Source of the DNA: Candidatus Poribacteria bacterium | Lineage (GTDB): Bacteria > Poribacteria > WGA-4E > UBA9662 | Length of the DNA stretch: 64,000 bases | Assembly: GCA_046582655.1 (NCBI GenBank) | Contig: JAYGDX010000027.1 | Location: 77,902 to 141,901 of the forward strand | Direction of reading: 5' to 3' | Shown: piece by piece, positions 60,059 to 64,000 of the stretch | How positions within the stretch are numbered: the stretch's first letter is position 1 | Layout: each line of letters begins with the position of its first letter | Position numbers and translations under genes: made by a program | The notes under the pieces: model-generated | Seen by the model: only the letters and a program-made list of their open reading frames with translations | Databases searched by the model: none | What the model was told of the DNA's origin: nothing

Positions 60059-61238
60059 ATGCGTATCTTATCGGCTTGGTTGGTGTTCTACATCATTGTG
60101 TTCTATTGTGTTTTAAAGGTGGAGGCCACACCAAAGATTGAATTCTGGAACCAGCGACGCAAAGGAGCCAATTACTTTAACCAGTTACCAACTCGTGAGC
60201 GGTTCGAGGCCGGACGAGAACTCGGATTGCAATTCGTTCGACTTGCACCCGACAAATGGGAGTCTGCTGACCGCGATTTTCTGATAGGTAACGCGGACAA
60301 ATACGAGGCGATTAATGAGAAGGACTTAAATCGGTTAAAAAAGGTGCTCGACGACGCAGACCAATTAGGTTAAGGTGGTGATGACCATGTTGGGTCTGCC
60401 TGGTGCACGTTGGAAACAAAACAACAATGGTAAGGATGATCTGCGTCTGTGGAGTAATGAGCGGTATCAGAGGCAAGCAATAAGGTTTTGGCAAGACTTG
60501 GCCAAACGATTGAAAGCACATCCGGCAGTGGTCGCCTATGACCCTTTGAACGAACCCCATCCCGCTCGAGCGTTGCTTGACATTGACGAGGTGAAATCAG
60601 TGGTTTTTAGCGACTGGTTCACAGCCTCAAAGGGAACGGTCGCTGACTTGAACCGATTCAATCGCCGAATCGTTGCGTCGATTCGGGAGGTTGATACCAC
60701 GACTCCCATCGTACTGGAAACCTATGCCTACAGTTCGGCGGACGGATTCCGATCCTTGGAACCAGTGACTGGCGATGCCGTCCTTTATTCATTCCACTTT
60801 TATGAGCCTTGGAACTATACAACCAAAAGGGTCAACAACGGACGATTTGCTTATCCCAATCGGATGCCAGTTGGATGGTCGGGGAACGTGGAGAGATGGA
60901 CACGAACCCGTTTACCGCAAATGATGCAACCTGTGGTGGCATGGATCGACCTCCATAACGTGCCGGCGAATCGGATAATGGTCGGTGAATTCGGATGTAA
61001 CCGGGAAATGGTAGGTGCACGACAATATCTGGCAGATCTGATCCAAATTTTTAACGGCCAAAAATGGCATTGGGCCTTCTACGCCTATCGTGAAGATACC
61101 TGGACGGGCATGGATTATGAACTGGGCACAGGCAAGTTGGGCTGGAAATACTGGCAGGCAGTTGAAGGTGGGAAGCAACCGGAAAAGCTGAGGGGTGACA
61201 ACCCGTTATTTGATGTACTCAAGCGAGAGTTCAGGTAA
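60059..61238 (+). pseudogene. Glycoside hydrolase family 5 (cellulase-like), single frameshift near 60370
   Basis: Signal peptide plus KGANYFN (ORF1) continues in another frame as KVVMTM; YDPLNEPH acid/base, SFHFY and VGEFG nucleophile intact. Confidence 0.85.
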
Positions 61239-61282
61239 CTTCTTGGCTGAAGCATCTCAGACTAATCGAATCCCGGGCGAAA

Positions 61283-62357
61283 CTAACCCTCCCATATTGA
61301 TCGCAGTTCATATGCCTTCAGTTCAACGGCTTTGCAACACCCCTCTTCCGCAAATGTTACCAGAGTCTCCGCATTCGGTTCGGGCGAGAAATAGGTGATC
61401 GGTGACACTATACCATTGTTACCGAAAATTTCAAACGAAACCCGATCTACCAGAATACGGAGCTTGATCCGGTCAGCTACCGGTTCGAGCGTAGCACGAT
61501 CCATCCCCTCGCCACACTCAGCGTTTGTGGTTCGCCCTCCGATGATGGCGCTCTCTTCCTCTACGTATTCGGTCTTGCTGTTGCCACCGACCACAGCGAT
61601 AATGACGTCCGATTTCTTTGCTACCTCGATGGCCTTGTAAAAATCGTTTTTGGACGGTTGTGAATTTCGCAACCACTGGTGTAATGAACCTCGGTCGCCT
61701 CCGGCACAATGACACGAATGGTGAACAGAATGGTCATTACTTCTTCCGAACGGTGGGCAGGGCACAATCACCAAGTTGTGTCCACTCGTATCACTGTTGG
61801 GATCGATCATAGCCACCGTATCATGTGTTTTCGACAGTGGCAGGAGGTCTTTATCATTTTTCAGCAGTACTATGCTCTGTCGGGCGGCATCGAGCGCCAG
61901 TTGAAGATGCTCCGACCACCGTGCGACTGCTTCGGCTCAGTTCACGTCCACGTACGGATCGAGCAACCCAAGCAAAAACTTCAGCCGCAACACTCGGTGG
62001 GACGGTCGATGTCGTCAATGAAAACTTGCCCCTCTTCCAATGTCTCGGCAAGTTGGGCATCTTGTGCCCAACTTGCCGAGCACAATTTCTTCGTAGGCAG
62101 TATCGGGATTGTTCATGTCCAGTCCGGCTTTGAGTGCGAGCACGCCAGCATCTTTAGAATTACGTGCCACACGACAGCGAATCAGGTACTCCACATCCCA
62201 CGCATCGCCCATCGTGATGCCTTAGAAGCCCCATTGGTCCCGCAACAGGTCGGTCCAGATATTTGTGGCACGATGCCGGGACGCTATCATAAATGGCACG
62301 CTTGACCATGATACCACTGTCCACCACATCGCCCGCGTCTGGATAGGCACGCAACAT
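61283..62357 (-). pseudogene. GH3 beta-glucosidase pseudogene fused to a GH32-like C-terminal fragment
   Basis: GH3 pieces DLLRDQWGF*GITMGD, ALKAGLDM, AARQSIVLLKN..LLPL, AKKSDVIIAVVG..GEGMDRATL, then GH32-type KLRILVDRVSFEIFGNNG..YELRSIW. Confidence 0.75.
62044..62080. repeat. Perfect 16-bp inverted repeat
   Basis: CTCGGCAAGTTGGGCA-tcttg-TGCCCAACTTGCCGAG. Confidence 0.9.
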
Positions 62358-62506
62358 GACAATTTATAATATCGTCATTAATTATTAAATCTGATTTTTA
62401 TACTTGCGCCAACTATTAAATCTAAAGTATGCTATTTTTACAGTTGCCGATATCTCCTTTCATTTGCCGCATATATCCTTCATCCTTCAACCTGCGGATT
62501 CTCACG

Positions 62507-63646
62507 ATGGCTACACTAATCCAAACTGAAAACACCGACCAGAGCATACACTCCGACCAGGGTGCGCTTTCCTATCAGGAAGTGCTGACCGAAGGGCCAA
62601 AGTATAATGTGCCACCCCAAAAGACACGCGTGAAATGGTATCGTTGCCACGTCGCGCGCGAAACGTTACGCGAACTCAACAGGCGCAGAAATTTTCTTGG
62701 ATTCGCACAAACGCTCGGGTTTCTAGGGGTGTTGGCTACCGCCTCGGGCGTTGCCATCTATGCTTCGTTCCACTGGCCTTGGTATGTCACGGTGCTGCTG
62801 GTGTTTGTTAACGGCCACTTCTGGCATTTTCTAGTCAACGGCTTCCATGAGTTGGTCCACGACTCGGTCTTCAGTACCCGATGGCTCAACCGATTTTTCC
62901 TTCGTATCTTCTCATTCTTGGGCTGGTATAATCACCATCTGTTCTGGGCCAGCCATACTGAGCACCACAAGTATGCTCTGCATCCTGAGCACCACAAGTA
63001 TGCTCTGCATCCGCCCGACGATCAGGAAGTGGTGTTTCCCCAGAGGATCGACCTGAAAAACCTCTGGAAGAAGAGCATCATAAACTACCGATATCCCGAC
63101 TCTCTACTCAGGAACAAGTTTCGAAACTTTATCGGGTACCTTGATACGGACAGCCCATGGATTGCCTCGCTCTTTCCCGAAACCGACCCGGAGCGGCGCC
63201 GCGCCTACACCAACTGGGAACGCATTGTGCTGATTGGTCACCTGTTGATTGCAGGTGTGTCTCTGGCGTTCGGATACTGGGTCGTTCTCCTGGTGATTAC
63301 CTTCCCAAAAACGTTCGGGGCGTGGCTACAATTCCTCTGCAATACCGCCCAGCACGTGGGGCTTCAGGACAAGGTGTCGGACTTCCGCCTGTGTAGCCGG
63401 ACGATTTATCTCAACCCGATCCTCCAGTTCCTATACTGGTACATGAACTACCACATCGAGCATCACATGTACGCCGCGGTTCCATGCTATAAGCTCGGTC
63501 GGCTGCACAGGCTAATCAAGCACGAGATGCCGCATTCCATCCGGGGTTTGCGTGAGACGTGGAAACACATCGCCGAGATCCTAGAGCGGCAGGAACACGA
63601 CCCCGATTACCAGTACGTCGCCGAGTTGCCCACGCTCGATATATAG
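62507..63646 (+). CDS. Membrane fatty acid desaturase family protein
   Basis: His boxes HELVH, HTEHH, YHIEHH; AVPCYKL..LH; TM segments. Confidence 0.88.
   Translation: MATLIQTENTDQSIHSDQGALSYQEVLTEGPKYNVPPQKTRVKWYRCHVARETLRELNRRRNFLGFAQTLGFLGVLATASGVAIYASFHWPWYVTVLLVFVNGHFWHFLVNGFHELVHDSVFSTRWLNRFFLRIFSFLGWYNHHLFWASHTEHHKYALHPEHHKYALHPPDDQEVVFPQRIDLKNLWKKSIINYRYPDSLLRNKFRNFIGYLDTDSPWIASLFPETDPERRRAYTNWERIVLIGHLLIAGVSLAFGYWVVLLVITFPKTFGAWLQFLCNTAQHVGLQDKVSDFRLCSRTIYLNPILQFLYWYMNYHIEHHMYAAVPCYKLGRLHRLIKHEMPHSIRGLRETWKHIAEILERQEHDPDYQYVAELPTLDI
62958..63011 (+). repeat. Exact 27-bp tandem duplication inside the desaturase
   Basis: CTGAGCACCACAAGTATGCTCTGCATC twice, giving EHHKYALHP twice. Confidence 0.95.
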
Positions 63647-63911
63647 CGAGCTGCTGCGCGTTCGACTGAGCGTCCAGTGCCCCTATTTAAAGTGCTAATC
63701 ATCATGCGACCTAGCATTATTTCCTGGAGCATCTCAGTCAAAGAAATTGGCAAACACCGAGTTACACTCTATATAAAGGAGCTCCTATATCGCACGACTA
63801 CGAACTGCACTTTTTCACCAAAAGCTGTCAATCGCCTGACGGTCGAAATCTTACTTTGGACACTATCCACACTGATAATAATTATGGCAGATGGTAGGGA
63901 GATTCACTGAT

Positions 63912-64000
63912 ATGGAAATACGAAAACTGGGGAAGACCAATCTTCAGGTCAGCGCCATTGGATTTGGTGGCGCGCGCCTCGATGAGCATCCTGAACAGGC
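63912..64000 (+). CDS. Aldo/keto reductase, 5' end (partial)
   Basis: MEIRKLGKTNLQVSAIGFGGA after a GGGAG RBS. Confidence 0.8.
   Translation, partial: MEIRKLGKTNLQVSAIGFGGARLDEHPEQ

Overview
Bacterial chromosomal window, most likely from a Candidatus Poribacteria-like organism. This is inferred from gene style: a dockerin plus 'LLQNYPNPFNPETWIP' C-terminal secreted protein, tandem PhyH dioxygenases, and many TIM-barrel, Gfo/Idh/MocA and DegT genes. The left part (1-19 kb) is accessory redox and sugar metabolism, including a Tat-exported PaoABC-like molybdoenzyme operon, two MITE copies, and IS5 and IS30 remnants. The middle (19-42 kb) is housekeeping: rpsT, mtaB, rsmE, rpe, PASTA, fmt, lspA, an ileS-like gene, yggT, proC, yggS, tatAC, amidase, pgeF, dut, a Re-citrate synthase-like gene, acpP, a glmU-like gene and nagB. 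The right part (42-64 kb) is a decaying accessory region with many pseudogenes. Two observations stand out. (1) The gene at the canonical yggT-ileS-lspA position is an intact 787-codon IleRS homologue that has lost every catalytic motif (HIGH, KMSKS, GWDxHG, SRQR, DQxRGWF), a candidate repurposed pseudo-synthetase. (2) A compact three-gene operon encodes a BtaA/DUF3419-like SAM transferase, a heme-oxygenase-like diiron oxidase and a GNAT; it is bracketed by MITE-like ends and looks like an uncharacterised small-molecule or lipid biosynthetic cluster. No rRNA, tRNA or CRISPR array was seen. All calls come from reading the sequence; no searches were run.
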